Of a stretch of DNA of 64,000 bases, positions 1-8,678 are shown piece after piece. The translations under genes were made by a program, and so were the position numbers. Under the pieces are notes generated by a model that ran no database searches, was not told the origin of the DNA, and was given only the letters and a program-made list of their open reading frames with translations. The first letter of the stretch is position 1; each line of letters opens with the position of its first letter. The stretch lies in the IMG/VR virus record IMGVR_UViG_3300033463_000087, positions 1-64,000 of that record, one strand, 5' to 3'. Source of the DNA: a virus (Duplodnaviria > Caudoviricetes).

Positions 1-670
1 TAATAATCCTTTCTCTTGTTTCTTCTTTTTCATTTTTCAAATAATTACCAAAAGCACTTATTGCACATTTAGTAATTTCCTTACACATTTTTTCAAGCAA
101 ATCACTAATTTCATATCGTGAAGTCCATTGTTCTATATATTTACAAATATCGTGAATGTCCATAGTATAAAATCTTATTAAATTTTCTATTGAAGCATCT
201 GGTTTTGTAGGTTTAAAGTTTACTTTAATAAAATGTTTTATACTTTCTATTGTTGGTAATATTTTTGATTCTTCTTTATTTTTAATAAATTTTTCTAATA
301 CATAAAACATTTCCATTAGTTGTTCAGTACGAGGACCTTCATCAGCATAATCTATTAATCTTTGTCTTCGTGATAATAATGTTTCAACCAAAAAATTTCT
401 TCTATTAAAAATTGTAGAAAGTTTAGGCATTGATTTTAATTTATCGTTTAATTGCATAGCAGTAGTATCAAGTTTGCTATTCATTTGCTCCACATTTATG
501 CCTTGCTTTTTAACATCTTTATAAAAATCCCTAACTGTAGGTATTGATACTTTCATACCCTTTTTTAATAATTCTTTATGCAGTTGATTAGGATTTAAAC
601 CTTGTTGTATACAATCTAATGCAAATTTATAAAAAATTGAATCTCTAAGTTTATTTGTACCTTTAATCAT
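1..670 (-). CDS. Hypothetical protein with N-terminal HTH-like region, runs off the left edge (possibly terminase small subunit-like)
   Basis: Not in the ORF track. Manual translation from ATG at 670 is open to base 1: MIKGTNKLRDSIFYKFALDCIQQGLNPNQLHKELLKKGMKVSIPTVRDFY...; upstream GGAGG RBS. Function is a guess from context. Confidence 0.6.
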   Translation of the reverse strand, partial: MIKGTNKLRDSIFYKFALDCIQQGLNPNQLHKELLKKGMKVSIPTVRDFYKDVKKQGINVEQMNSKLDTTAMQLNDKLKSMPKLSTIFNRRNFLVETLLSRRQRLIDYADEGPRTEQLMEMFYVLEKFIKNKEESKILPTIESIKHFIKVNFKPTKPDASIENLIRFYTMDIHDICKYIEQWTSRYEISDLLEKMCKEITKCAISAFGNYLKNEKEETRERII

Positions 671-1457
671 TGCATACATCCTCCAAATCTTGTAATAATC
701 CTGGTTGTAATTGTAATTTTTCTTGTAAAAGTTTTAATTCTTCTCTATCTTTATTTGTTAAATTACCACCCATAAATGTACTTGTTCTATAAATTTTATG
801 TACTAATGCTTTTTCTTTGGGTGTTAAACAACTATTATCTATGCATTGTTTTACTCTATTTCTTTTATCTTGTCTTTCAATATTTTCCTCTATCTTATAA
901 TCATCATTACCTTCAAACAGTTCTTGAATTAAAGGTAAATCTTCTAGTTCTTGAACTTCATATTTTAAATCTATTGTACCATAATGTACGGTACTATAAA
1001 CAAGAAGATCAATATATCTAAAAAATTGACTTAAATAAAAGAATAACACAGGTTTTGGGTTTAATAATCCTTGTTGGTCTTTTAATTTTAATAACTTTCG
1101 TTTTAAAATACTATAAAGACGCATCATACAAGTATAAGAAAGTTCTTTTTTCCTTTCGTAAAAAGTGGTTTTAAAATATTTTGTTACTTTTCCTTGTATT
1201 AAGTTAAAAAGAAAATCATAACTTACAGGGTATTTATCATTATTAGAAAACATTTCATCTATATTTTCTAAAGTTATATAAAGTCTTTTTTGAGTATTAT
1301 TTCTCCGTTCGTTTCTTTCCTCTCTTTGTTTTAATATTTCCGCTATTTGTTTTTGTTTTTCTTCCTCTGAAAGATTTTCATCAACCTCTATTTTTTCTTC
1401 CCTTTTGGTTTTATTAGAACCAGTATACTTTCTAACACCATATATTGTATTTGTCAT
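663..1457 (-). CDS. Putative phage sigma-factor-like transcription factor
   Basis: 264 aa; helical region-2-like segment and a C-terminal region-4-like segment (CLTPKEKALVHKIY...LT). Weak similarity judged by eye. Confidence 0.45.
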   Translation of the reverse strand: MTNTIYGVRKYTGSNKTKREEKIEVDENLSEEEKQKQIAEILKQREERNERRNNTQKRLYITLENIDEMFSNNDKYPVSYDFLFNLIQGKVTKYFKTTFYERKKELSYTCMMRLYSILKRKLLKLKDQQGLLNPKPVLFFYLSQFFRYIDLLVYSTVHYGTIDLKYEVQELEDLPLIQELFEGNDDYKIEENIERQDKRNRVKQCIDNSCLTPKEKALVHKIYRTSTFMGGNLTNKDREELKLLQEKLQLQPGLLQDLEDVCND

Positions 1458-1464
1458 AAACCCT

Positions 1465-2820
1465 CTAATATAATTTACTCATCACCTCTATATTACTTTC
1501 TAAAAGACCGAAAGTGTTAAGATATAGGGAAATAGTTGTAAAAGATTTTTCTTTTACAAATTCCCCTGTTTTAAAACTTAAAATTGTATCCATATTCTCT
1601 TGCTTTATAAATTTATAAACATTTATTGAATTAACATTATTAAAGGCAAAATATTTTTTAATTAATTCTATTAAAAATAAAGTCATTGTATAACTTTGTT
1701 GAAAATATATTAATAATAATTTTAATGTTGAGGCAATATCATAAAACACGCCTTCTAAACTTAAAGACCTAATTATAGATGTTATTGCACGAACATTTTC
1801 CATTATTTCTTCTTGACACTCAATTTTTATTGTTTTACCTAAAATCATATAATAGCGATTATATGTATCTTTCTTTTTTAAATGTATTATTCTTTTGTCA
1901 TCCTCTTTTAATTCTTCCGTACCCCTAATACATAATATGCTATCTTTAAAAATAAATTCTTTTAACTTACCAAATTTATAATCTTCTAATCTTGTTGAAA
2001 AATCAAATGGTAAAATATCTGCACCTGTTAAATATATTAAATCTGTTGCTTTATAAGCATTGGAAGGAGTTAGTTGATAAAAAGAAATATTAGAACTTAT
2101 ATTTTTAATTTCTTGTAAAACATCATCCTTTATATCGGAACATAACACAACAATTTCTTTATTATTTCTGTATATAAAATCTTTAAACTTTAATAAATTA
2201 TCTAAATTTAAGTTATAAAACCAAAACATTATTTCTTGTGGTTTATCTGAATATATTTTACCACATAATTTTTTTGCTTTTATTTCATATAACTTACTTT
2301 TTATAATACTATTTTGTTTACTTTCCTGTATTTGGACATTACTTGGCTCATAAACAATTTCACAAACTTTTTTTATAAAATCATCATTAAGTAAATCTTT
2401 AAAACCAATTTCTATATCTTTTAAATCAATTTTTGCTTTAGATAATGCAGATACTTTATAATAATTAAGTATAAATTCATTACATTTTTTAAATAAACCT
2501 TTATATTTTTTAAGTTGATTAAAATTTGTAATTTTATTAATTATAACCTCTAAAGAAAGTAAATAAAGTATAGGGTTAATACAAATACTGTTTCTAAAAT
2601 TTTTAATATTATCAAGAACAAAATTAAAACCAAAAAGATAGTGTTTGTCTTTGTTTGTGTCTTTCGTTAAAATTTGTTCTATATTGTTAATATAAAGTGT
2701 ATTATTTTTATCAATAATGATATTTTTATTTGAAGCATATTGAACCTTAAATAATTCAATAGCGTCTAACATACCTTTTTTAACAATTTCAATATTTTTA
2801 TTTATTTCCAAATTCATCAT
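1465..2820 (-). CDS. Degenerate GroEL/chaperonin-like protein
   Basis: Colinear resemblance to GroEL motifs (KKGMLDAIELFKVQYASNKNIIIDK; EIVVLCSDIKDDVL; DLIYLTGADIL; GKLKEFIFKD; SLEGVF), but GDGTT and GGG are absent. Confidence 0.5.
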   Translation of the reverse strand: MMNLEINKNIEIVKKGMLDAIELFKVQYASNKNIIIDKNNTLYINNIEQILTKDTNKDKHYLFGFNFVLDNIKNFRNSICINPILYLLSLEVIINKITNFNQLKKYKGLFKKCNEFILNYYKVSALSKAKIDLKDIEIGFKDLLNDDFIKKVCEIVYEPSNVQIQESKQNSIIKSKLYEIKAKKLCGKIYSDKPQEIMFWFYNLNLDNLLKFKDFIYRNNKEIVVLCSDIKDDVLQEIKNISSNISFYQLTPSNAYKATDLIYLTGADILPFDFSTRLEDYKFGKLKEFIFKDSILCIRGTEELKEDDKRIIHLKKKDTYNRYYMILGKTIKIECQEEIMENVRAITSIIRSLSLEGVFYDIASTLKLLLIYFQQSYTMTLFLIELIKKYFAFNNVNSINVYKFIKQENMDTILSFKTGEFVKEKSFTTISLYLNTFGLLESNIEVMSKLY

Positions 2821-3379
2821 TGTACCGTTTAATTTCCTTATCTAATTTATCTTGCCAATGATCTCTTAATTTTAACCAATCTTCTTGTGTTAATTCTTCT
2901 TTTGAATTTAATTTTTCTATAAAATATTCAAATACTTCTTTTCCATATTTATTTATCATAAATAATGTATATTTTGGACTTATACCTAACCAATCCTGTA
3001 AACCATTACAAGTTCTACATTGTGCATGACAATTTTTCTCATCCATTATAAGTTGTGAAAATTTTCTTGATAAAAAATGGCCTGCATGAAGTAATTTTTT
3101 AGCTTCTTGATTTTTAGGATCAATAAAAAAGCCACAGCAACAACATTTCCAGTTATCTCTGTAGCGTATATACATCTGAAACAAGTCAATTACTTGTTCC
3201 TTTAATTTTTTAAACTCTTTTTTAGTATTTACCTTTTTTGTTTTTTCTTTACATTTACTAGGTCTTTTATAAAGATTATTTATTTTATCATAAATTACAG
3301 GTAAATCTTTATTACAAGGATTAGTCTTCCTTTTTTTATTTAAATAAGTACATCCTTCACAATTTCTAACTGTTGACAT
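2798..3379 (-). CDS. NinG/Rap-like HNH recombination endonuclease
   Basis: YIRYRD..KCCCCG...HAGHFLSR....DEKNCHAQCRTCN matches the NinG pattern. Confidence 0.75.
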   Translation of the reverse strand: MSTVRNCEGCTYLNKKRKTNPCNKDLPVIYDKINNLYKRPSKCKEKTKKVNTKKEFKKLKEQVIDLFQMYIRYRDNWKCCCCGFFIDPKNQEAKKLLHAGHFLSRKFSQLIMDEKNCHAQCRTCNGLQDWLGISPKYTLFMINKYGKEVFEYFIEKLNSKEELTQEDWLKLRDHWQDKLDKEIKRYNDEFGNK

Positions 3380-3391
3380 TTAATCATAAAT

Positions 3392-3697
3392 CTACCTTTT
3401 TCTCATTAAGTCTATCTCTTGTTGAGAAACCATTTGTTTGTCTTGTTCTTCGAGTTTCTTTTTTTCGTCTTTCGTTAGTAATTTATCTGTTTCTTTTATA
3501 ATATTATTATAGTTATTTTTTCTATAAATTTCAAGTTCTTTATCATTTAACTTATTTTGTTTATTAAATTCTTCAAAACATTCTTTCTTAAAACTTTCAA
3601 AATCAACCCCTTGCATTTCAGGTCTTGTATGAAATTGTTCCCACAAGTAAATTACCCTTGCAAGAAATTCATCTTCTTTTAAACGTTTTATACTCAT
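3392..3697 (-). CDS. Hypothetical protein
   Basis: 101-aa ORF directly downstream of a class-2 promoter motif. Confidence 0.6.
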   Translation of the reverse strand: MSIKRLKEDEFLARVIYLWEQFHTRPEMQGVDFESFKKECFEEFNKQNKLNDKELEIYRKNNYNNIIKETDKLLTKDEKKKLEEQDKQMVSQQEIDLMRKR

Positions 3698-3706
3698 ATA
3701 ATTATA

Positions 3707-3721
3707 TATTATACTAAATTT
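3707..3721 (-). promoter_or_regulatory. Class-2 (sigma70-like) promoter motif AAATTTAGTATAATA
   Basis: Upstream of 3697; TATAAT lies about 10 nt before the ATG. Confidence 0.6.
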
Positions 3722-3732
3722 TTTAGAAATTT

Positions 3733-4404
3733 TTAAACTTTTTCTAAAAATGATTCTCCATTTTTCTTTGAAATATAAATTACATTATCTGCTGCTTCAA
3801 TGGCATCTTTATCTTCTTCACCTGTTATCAAAATTATTTGTATATCTAATTTGTTAGCGACATTTTGTAGAAATTTAAAAGCATTTTTCTTAAACTTATT
3901 ATCTTTAGTACTATGTAAAAATTTAAATGACTCATCAAGAAGTAGCGGTAGATGAATCTTTGGTTTAACTAAAGTACGGCAACAAATTAATATTGCGGTA
4001 CTTACTAAATCTCTTAAACCGCCGCCTCTTCCAGATTCAATATCATATAGTTGCTCATCTTCTTCAATAAAGGTTGAAATAGAAGTTTTAGCACCTTCTG
4101 TATTTAATTGTAATTTTAATTTAAGGTTAGGATTTTGAAATACATCAAGTAAAGCACAATTGACAACATTCTCAATAAATTCTATAGCTTCATTTCTAGT
4201 TTTTAAAATTATATCGTTAATAATAGTTTTGCTTTTTTCATAATTTAAAATATTATTTTCTAAAAGTTTTAACTTATCTTCGTTTTGAGTAATAAATTCT
4301 TTTAATAAATCAACCTCAACTTCTAATTTATTTTTTGAAGTTTCTAAATTATTAAAAGCATTTTGAATATTATTTATTGAGTTTGTTAAACTTTGCAATT
4401 CCAT
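3733..4404 (-). CDS. sbcC: SbcC/Rad50-like ATPase, C-terminal half
   Basis: Coiled coil followed by signature-like ESGRGGGLRDL, Walker B LLLDESF and a QIILITG strand; no Walker A. Confidence 0.75.
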   Translation of the reverse strand: MELQSLTNSINNIQNAFNNLETSKNKLEVEVDLLKEFITQNEDKLKLLENNILNYEKSKTIINDIILKTRNEAIEFIENVVNCALLDVFQNPNLKLKLQLNTEGAKTSISTFIEEDEQLYDIESGRGGGLRDLVSTAILICCRTLVKPKIHLPLLLDESFKFLHSTKDNKFKKNAFKFLQNVANKLDIQIILITGEEDKDAIEAADNVIYISKKNGESFLEKV

Positions 4405-4630
4405 CTTCTACCTCTTTTGTAAGTTTTTCAATGGTATTATCTAAATCTTCTTCCTTAATATTCATAGAAGAAAGTTCATCTATAATTTGTTGCTTTTTAG
4501 TTTTTAACTCAATCAATTTATTTGAAATTTCTTGGTTTTCTTTTTCAATATTAGCAATTTTATTTTCAATTTCTTTTGATTTTTGTAATAATTGATTTAC
4601 TTTATTTTCATCTATCATATTATTCTCCAC
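4370..4630 (-). CDS. Small coiled-coil protein (possible SbcC coiled-coil fragment)
   Basis: 86 aa, heptad-rich, overlaps the start of the SbcC C-terminal half. Confidence 0.55.
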   Translation of the reverse strand: MENNMIDENKVNQLLQKSKEIENKIANIEKENQEISNKLIELKTKKQQIIDELSSMNIKEEDLDNTIEKLTKEVEDGIAKFNKLNK

Positions 4631-4970
4631 AATTTATTGTAGGGTCTGTTATATAAGGCACTAACTCTTTATCACTATATTTATTTTGAATCTTAAATTT
4701 TTCACCTGTAGAGGAATACAAAATCATACCATTTGGTAAATCTTTTGTAATACTGTCAATAGCATGTTCATAAAATTTTTTTAATACATTTATTTTATGT
4801 AGTTTATTTTGATAATTTAACAAAAGTTCTGCATTAACGCTAGGTTCATATCCTTCTTCAAACTCTTTATCAAATTCATATTTTTTCAAATAAACTATTT
4901 CATCTGATTTAATATCGGGATAATTTAAAGCATACAATCTTTCATCTTCTTGATTTTGAATTTTATTCAT
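4620..4970 (-). CDS. Hypothetical protein
   Basis: 116-aa ORF tightly coupled within the operon. Confidence 0.6.
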   Translation of the reverse strand: MNKIQNQEDERLYALNYPDIKSDEIVYLKKYEFDKEFEEGYEPSVNAELLLNYQNKLHKINVLKKFYEHAIDSITKDLPNGMILYSSTGEKFKIQNKYSDKELVPYITDPTINCGE

Positions 4971-5818
4971 TGTAACTCCTTTAATTTTCGTTCTATATAC
5001 TCTATTATACTAATTTCAACATTATTTTTTCGTAGTAAATTTATAATATCGTTACTATTATTATTTGCTAAATCATTTTTTAAAATCATATCTACAAATT
5101 TACTTTCAAAAGTTTTATCTAATTTATTTTCCTCTAAAGTATTTGAAACCTCTTCTAAAGGTTTAACCTTTAAAGGAATATGCTTAACATCTAAACTTTG
5201 ATCATTAAATAAAATAACTTCAGGTGTTCTATTTAATTGTAATTCTTTTACAGTAGACCTCATTAAACTACCTGGATTTATATAGCGAGTATTGCCCACA
5301 GTAATATCAAAAGGATAATGGTAATGACCACAGAATACAATATTGTAACCATTTTCTTTACACTCCTTATATTCAAAATTTTCTTTTGTGCCTTTTGGCA
5401 TAATATAATCATGTATTAAAGCAATTTTATTTTTTGATGGTTTAGGAAAAGTTTCCCGTTTAAAATAATGATAAAAATCTAAAAAAGCAGGTGGTTCTGT
5501 TCTTATATAACCAACTGTTTCTAAAACACCAAAACTTGTACCTTTTAAATTACCTTCAGTATTTTTACAATCGTGATTACCAATTAAAGAAAACCAACCA
5601 TATATCATATCTGAAATTTCATACATTATTGATTCAAAATGGTCTTCTACATAACTATTAAAGAAATCACCTAAAGTAATAACTCTTGCATTATTATTTT
5701 TTGCAATAATATTTATTTGATTTATTTTATCTTTAAGTTCTTCAAAGTAAGTTTCTTTTCTGAAAGTAGGTGCCGTATATTTTATATGTGGATCACCAAC
5801 TATAATATAGTTATTCAT
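4967..5818 (-). CDS. sbcD: SbcD/Mre11-like metallophosphoesterase nuclease
   Basis: GDPH, GDFF, GNHD, GHYH and NPGS motifs of calcineurin-like phosphoesterases; flanked by the SbcC halves. Confidence 0.88.
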   Translation of the reverse strand: MNNYIIVGDPHIKYTAPTFRKETYFEELKDKINQINIIAKNNNARVITLGDFFNSYVEDHFESIMYEISDMIYGWFSLIGNHDCKNTEGNLKGTSFGVLETVGYIRTEPPAFLDFYHYFKRETFPKPSKNKIALIHDYIMPKGTKENFEYKECKENGYNIVFCGHYHYPFDITVGNTRYINPGSLMRSTVKELQLNRTPEVILFNDQSLDVKHIPLKVKPLEEVSNTLEENKLDKTFESKFVDMILKNDLANNNSNDIINLLRKNNVEISIIEYIERKLKELQ

Positions 5819-6470
5819 TGTCTATCCTTTCCGTTCTTTTAGTTATTTCTTGTCTTTTGAAAAATGCTTCAGCATTTTCTTTTTCAAGTTTTTTAATATA
5901 TTCTTTTAAGCGTGCGTTTTCTTTTTGATAATACTCTATTTGATGCAAGCTTCTTTCTTTAAATAAAACTTCAGCTCTTATTCCCATTGTGCTATATAAA
6001 TTTCTTATTATTTCTGCTACTAACCCCCAGGTAGGTGCTTCATTATGTCTTCTAGGAGCAGATAAAATTTTATAAATATATAAAAACTTATCCTCTAAAT
6101 CAACTTCTAATAAACCAGCCCAATCTGGAATTTCTTTTGGATCTAATAAACCTTTTGGAGTTATATAATAAAAATAATTTGAAATACATTTCGCAGATCT
6201 TTGTTTATTTAAATTTTCTATATCTTTCTTAAAATCTTGTTTGCTTGCTTTAACTTCAAAAACTATAACATCATTTCCATTATTTGAAGAAATAACTACA
6301 TAATCGGCACTTCTCATAGCTGTTCCACTAAAACCTGTTCCCATTCTTATCTCTTCAAGACAGCAAAATTCTCTTTTATTACCGTATTTTAAATGTAATG
6401 CTTCATATATCTTTGCTGTTTTTTCTTTATCAGTCATGTAAAATACTCCCACACAAAGGACATTTATCAA
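5811..6470 (-). CDS. MmcB-like PD-(D/E)XK nuclease
   Basis: EIRMGTGF...ADYVVI...FEVKASKQDFKKD...YFYYITP...IPDWAGL. Confidence 0.65.
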   Translation of the reverse strand: MINVLCVGVFYMTDKEKTAKIYEALHLKYGNKREFCCLEEIRMGTGFSGTAMRSADYVVISSNNGNDVIVFEVKASKQDFKKDIENLNKQRSAKCISNYFYYITPKGLLDPKEIPDWAGLLEVDLEDKFLYIYKILSAPRRHNEAPTWGLVAEIIRNLYSTMGIRAEVLFKERSLHQIEYYQKENARLKEYIKKLEKENAEAFFKRQEITKRTERIDNE

Positions 6471-7503
6471 AATCTTTTAATAAATTATCTTTTTCTTTAT
6501 TTAAATTATCAATTAAAATTTTGTTATTTTTGAAAACACTTTCCTTATATGTAATCGTGTTATTATAGTTTAATAATTTATGCCTTAAATTTAATAATTT
6601 TTCTAAATTTTTCGGCAGTGAAATCTGTTTTAGTTTATTATTTTTATCTAAAATAACAGTAAAATCATTTTGTAATTTATTTAATATTAATAAATTTTTT
6701 CTTAAATTTAATAATTTTTTTAATCTATTTGTATTTAACCCTTTAAAATTGCTTAAAATTGCTTTATTTTTAATTTCTTTATCTTGGTATATATTTATAT
6801 CATTTTCTAGTAAAACGCTCTTATTTCTTAAATTTAGTAAGGTATTAAGTGTTTTATAAGTATCTTTTAATGAATCAACTATAATTTTTAAATTATTAAC
6901 TTTATTGGTAAGCGAAACTAAAGAGTTATTTTTAAGCTCTAACTCATTTTTCTTTGTATTTGTTTGTTCAGTTAAAATTTTAATTTCTAAATTATCTTTG
7001 CGAATATCTTTATTTATACTGTCAATTAGTTTGTCTACAATATTAATACCACAAATGGTGCCAATTAATTTTGACTTATCATAATCAGACAAAGTAATAA
7101 AGAAATGGGGTTCAAATTGACTATACAAACATAAACTTAACTCTTTATTACCAAAATTTATAGAAGTATTACCTAAAGATTTAAAATATTCAAAAGGAAT
7201 TTCTTTACCTACTCTTTCAAATACTAAACCATTAGCATCTGCAATATTATCTTTTTTATTACGAAATCTTTTGAAGTAAGTGTTATCATCAAAATTAATT
7301 TTAACTTCAACTTCTTTACAACCTTTTCTAATATAATCTTCAGGCATTTTACCCGTTAAAATAGAAGAAATTGCTCTAAATAAAGTAGATTTACCACATT
7401 CAGTATTACCTACTAAAATATTTAAACCTTTAGTAAAGGTAATATTACCTGTTTTCCACTGCTGAAAATTTTTTAAAATTAAATTTTGTATATTTTTTGA
7501 CAT
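6430..7503 (-). CDS. sbcC: SbcC/Rad50-like ATPase, N-terminal half (AAA_23-like) ending in a Zn-hook
   Basis: LKNFQQW, Walker A GNTECGKST, Q-loop YSQFE, coiled coil, terminal CPLCG. Confidence 0.82.
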   Translation of the reverse strand: MSKNIQNLILKNFQQWKTGNITFTKGLNILVGNTECGKSTLFRAISSILTGKMPEDYIRKGCKEVEVKINFDDNTYFKRFRNKKDNIADANGLVFERVGKEIPFEYFKSLGNTSINFGNKELSLCLYSQFEPHFFITLSDYDKSKLIGTICGINIVDKLIDSINKDIRKDNLEIKILTEQTNTKKNELELKNNSLVSLTNKVNNLKIIVDSLKDTYKTLNTLLNLRNKSVLLENDINIYQDKEIKNKAILSNFKGLNTNRLKKLLNLRKNLLILNKLQNDFTVILDKNNKLKQISLPKNLEKLLNLRHKLLNYNNTITYKESVFKNNKILIDNLNKEKDNLLKDFDKCPLCGSILHD

Positions 7504-7513
7504 AAATTTATAA

Positions 7514-7550
7514 ATAAGACACCATACTAAAAAATAATATGGTGTCTTAT
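7514..7550. terminator. Perfect 13-bp inverted repeat (terminator-like or translational control hairpin)
   Basis: ATAAGACACCATA-11 nt-TATGGTGTCTTAT between ORF 7555 and the sbcC-N start. Confidence 0.6.
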
Positions 7551-7554
7551 ATAT

Positions 7555-7761
7555 TTATTTTGCTTGATATGTACCTTCAGATACTAATCTAATATCCAAG
7601 TCGCCATCGCTATTTAATTTACTAATAATAGCTCTAACTCTACCTAAAGAATTATATGTGACTTCACCATATAATCTTTTAGCAATACCTGAACTAGTAC
7701 ATTTTTTACCTGTAGAAAACATATTATATACTTTTTCTACATTTGTTTTTTTAGTTGACAT
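7555..7761 (-). CDS. Small putative winged-helix DNA-binding protein
   Basis: 68 aa with an HTH-like pattern (TSSGIAKRLY...RVRAIISKL) and a wing hairpin; GGAGA RBS. Confidence 0.5.
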   Translation of the reverse strand: MSTKKTNVEKVYNMFSTGKKCTSSGIAKRLYGEVTYNSLGRVRAIISKLNSDGDLDIRLVSEGTYQAK

Positions 7762-7802
7762 GTCTTTTTCTCCTATTTAGGTTTCTTAATTACTACACTA
7801 TA

Positions 7803-7817
7803 TATTATACTAAATTT
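7803..7817 (-). promoter_or_regulatory. Class-2 promoter motif
   Basis: Upstream of 7761 and the recombination operon. Confidence 0.65.
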
Positions 7818-7887
7818 TAAGCAATTTTGCAAAAATTAGTATAATTATTTTTGAACAAGCTTTTAAAATAGTTGTACTTTATATTAA

Positions 7888-7902
7888 AAATTTAGTATAA
7901 TA
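7888..7902 (+). promoter_or_regulatory. Class-2 promoter motif pointing into the non-coding region (second copy at about 7832-7845)
   Basis: aaatttagtataata on the plus strand with no downstream ORF. Confidence 0.55.
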
Positions 7903-8678
7903 TTATATAAGTAGTAAAAGCTTCATTAAAAGATAATATAAGAGCTTCCATCTCTTGAATAAGTATAAATCTTAATTTTATATTTGATGATATGTACAAT
8001 TTAAGTAGTTTTATTAATTTCCTCTATTAAATTAGACATCAAATATAAATAACTTTAATCTAATTTATAAAATTTTGTGTTAAGACTAGTAAAGATAACC
8101 GACTCTTTACGAAAAATAAAAAAGAACGTTAATATTAATAAAAATAAAAATTATTGTTAAGTCTTATTTAAGAGGGCACAAAAGTAAATAATAGCAAGAG
8201 CCTAAAAATTTGGGCAACGTGCAAACTCACGACCCAGACCTGCATGATAAGTTTTATTTTTAAAGATGAGCGCTCTTCGGCTGAAAAAGAAATGATCAAT
8301 AAGATATGATATTAATCTTATTAGTGAATTGAGGGACAGATATTCTATTATTTGCTTTAAATTAAATTATATTAAAATATATTTTATATATAACTTAATT
8401 GTTTGTTATATTATTTATAAATTTTAATCTTAAATATCAAAATATTTTAAAATTATATAAAATAAAATAATATTTATTATAAATTTTTAAATTTATTCTT
8501 ATAATTTAATTTAAGATATGCATATTTTTCTAAATATGCAGGGAATAAAGGATAATATTGTAAAAATTTTAAGATTTAATCAAATTTACATTATATTTAA
8601 TTTTTATATAAAATAATATAAATATATATAAAATATATAAAAATTAAATAGAGATTAAATATAATGAATTATCTTATT

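Larger units (their letters stand above)
7762..8678. other. Long non-coding region with divergent promoters, a structured GC-richer core and an extremely AT-rich tract
   Basis: No ORF of 60 aa or more in 917 bp; hairpins at about 8080-8340; nearly pure A/T from about 8350 to 8670. Confidence 0.5.
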
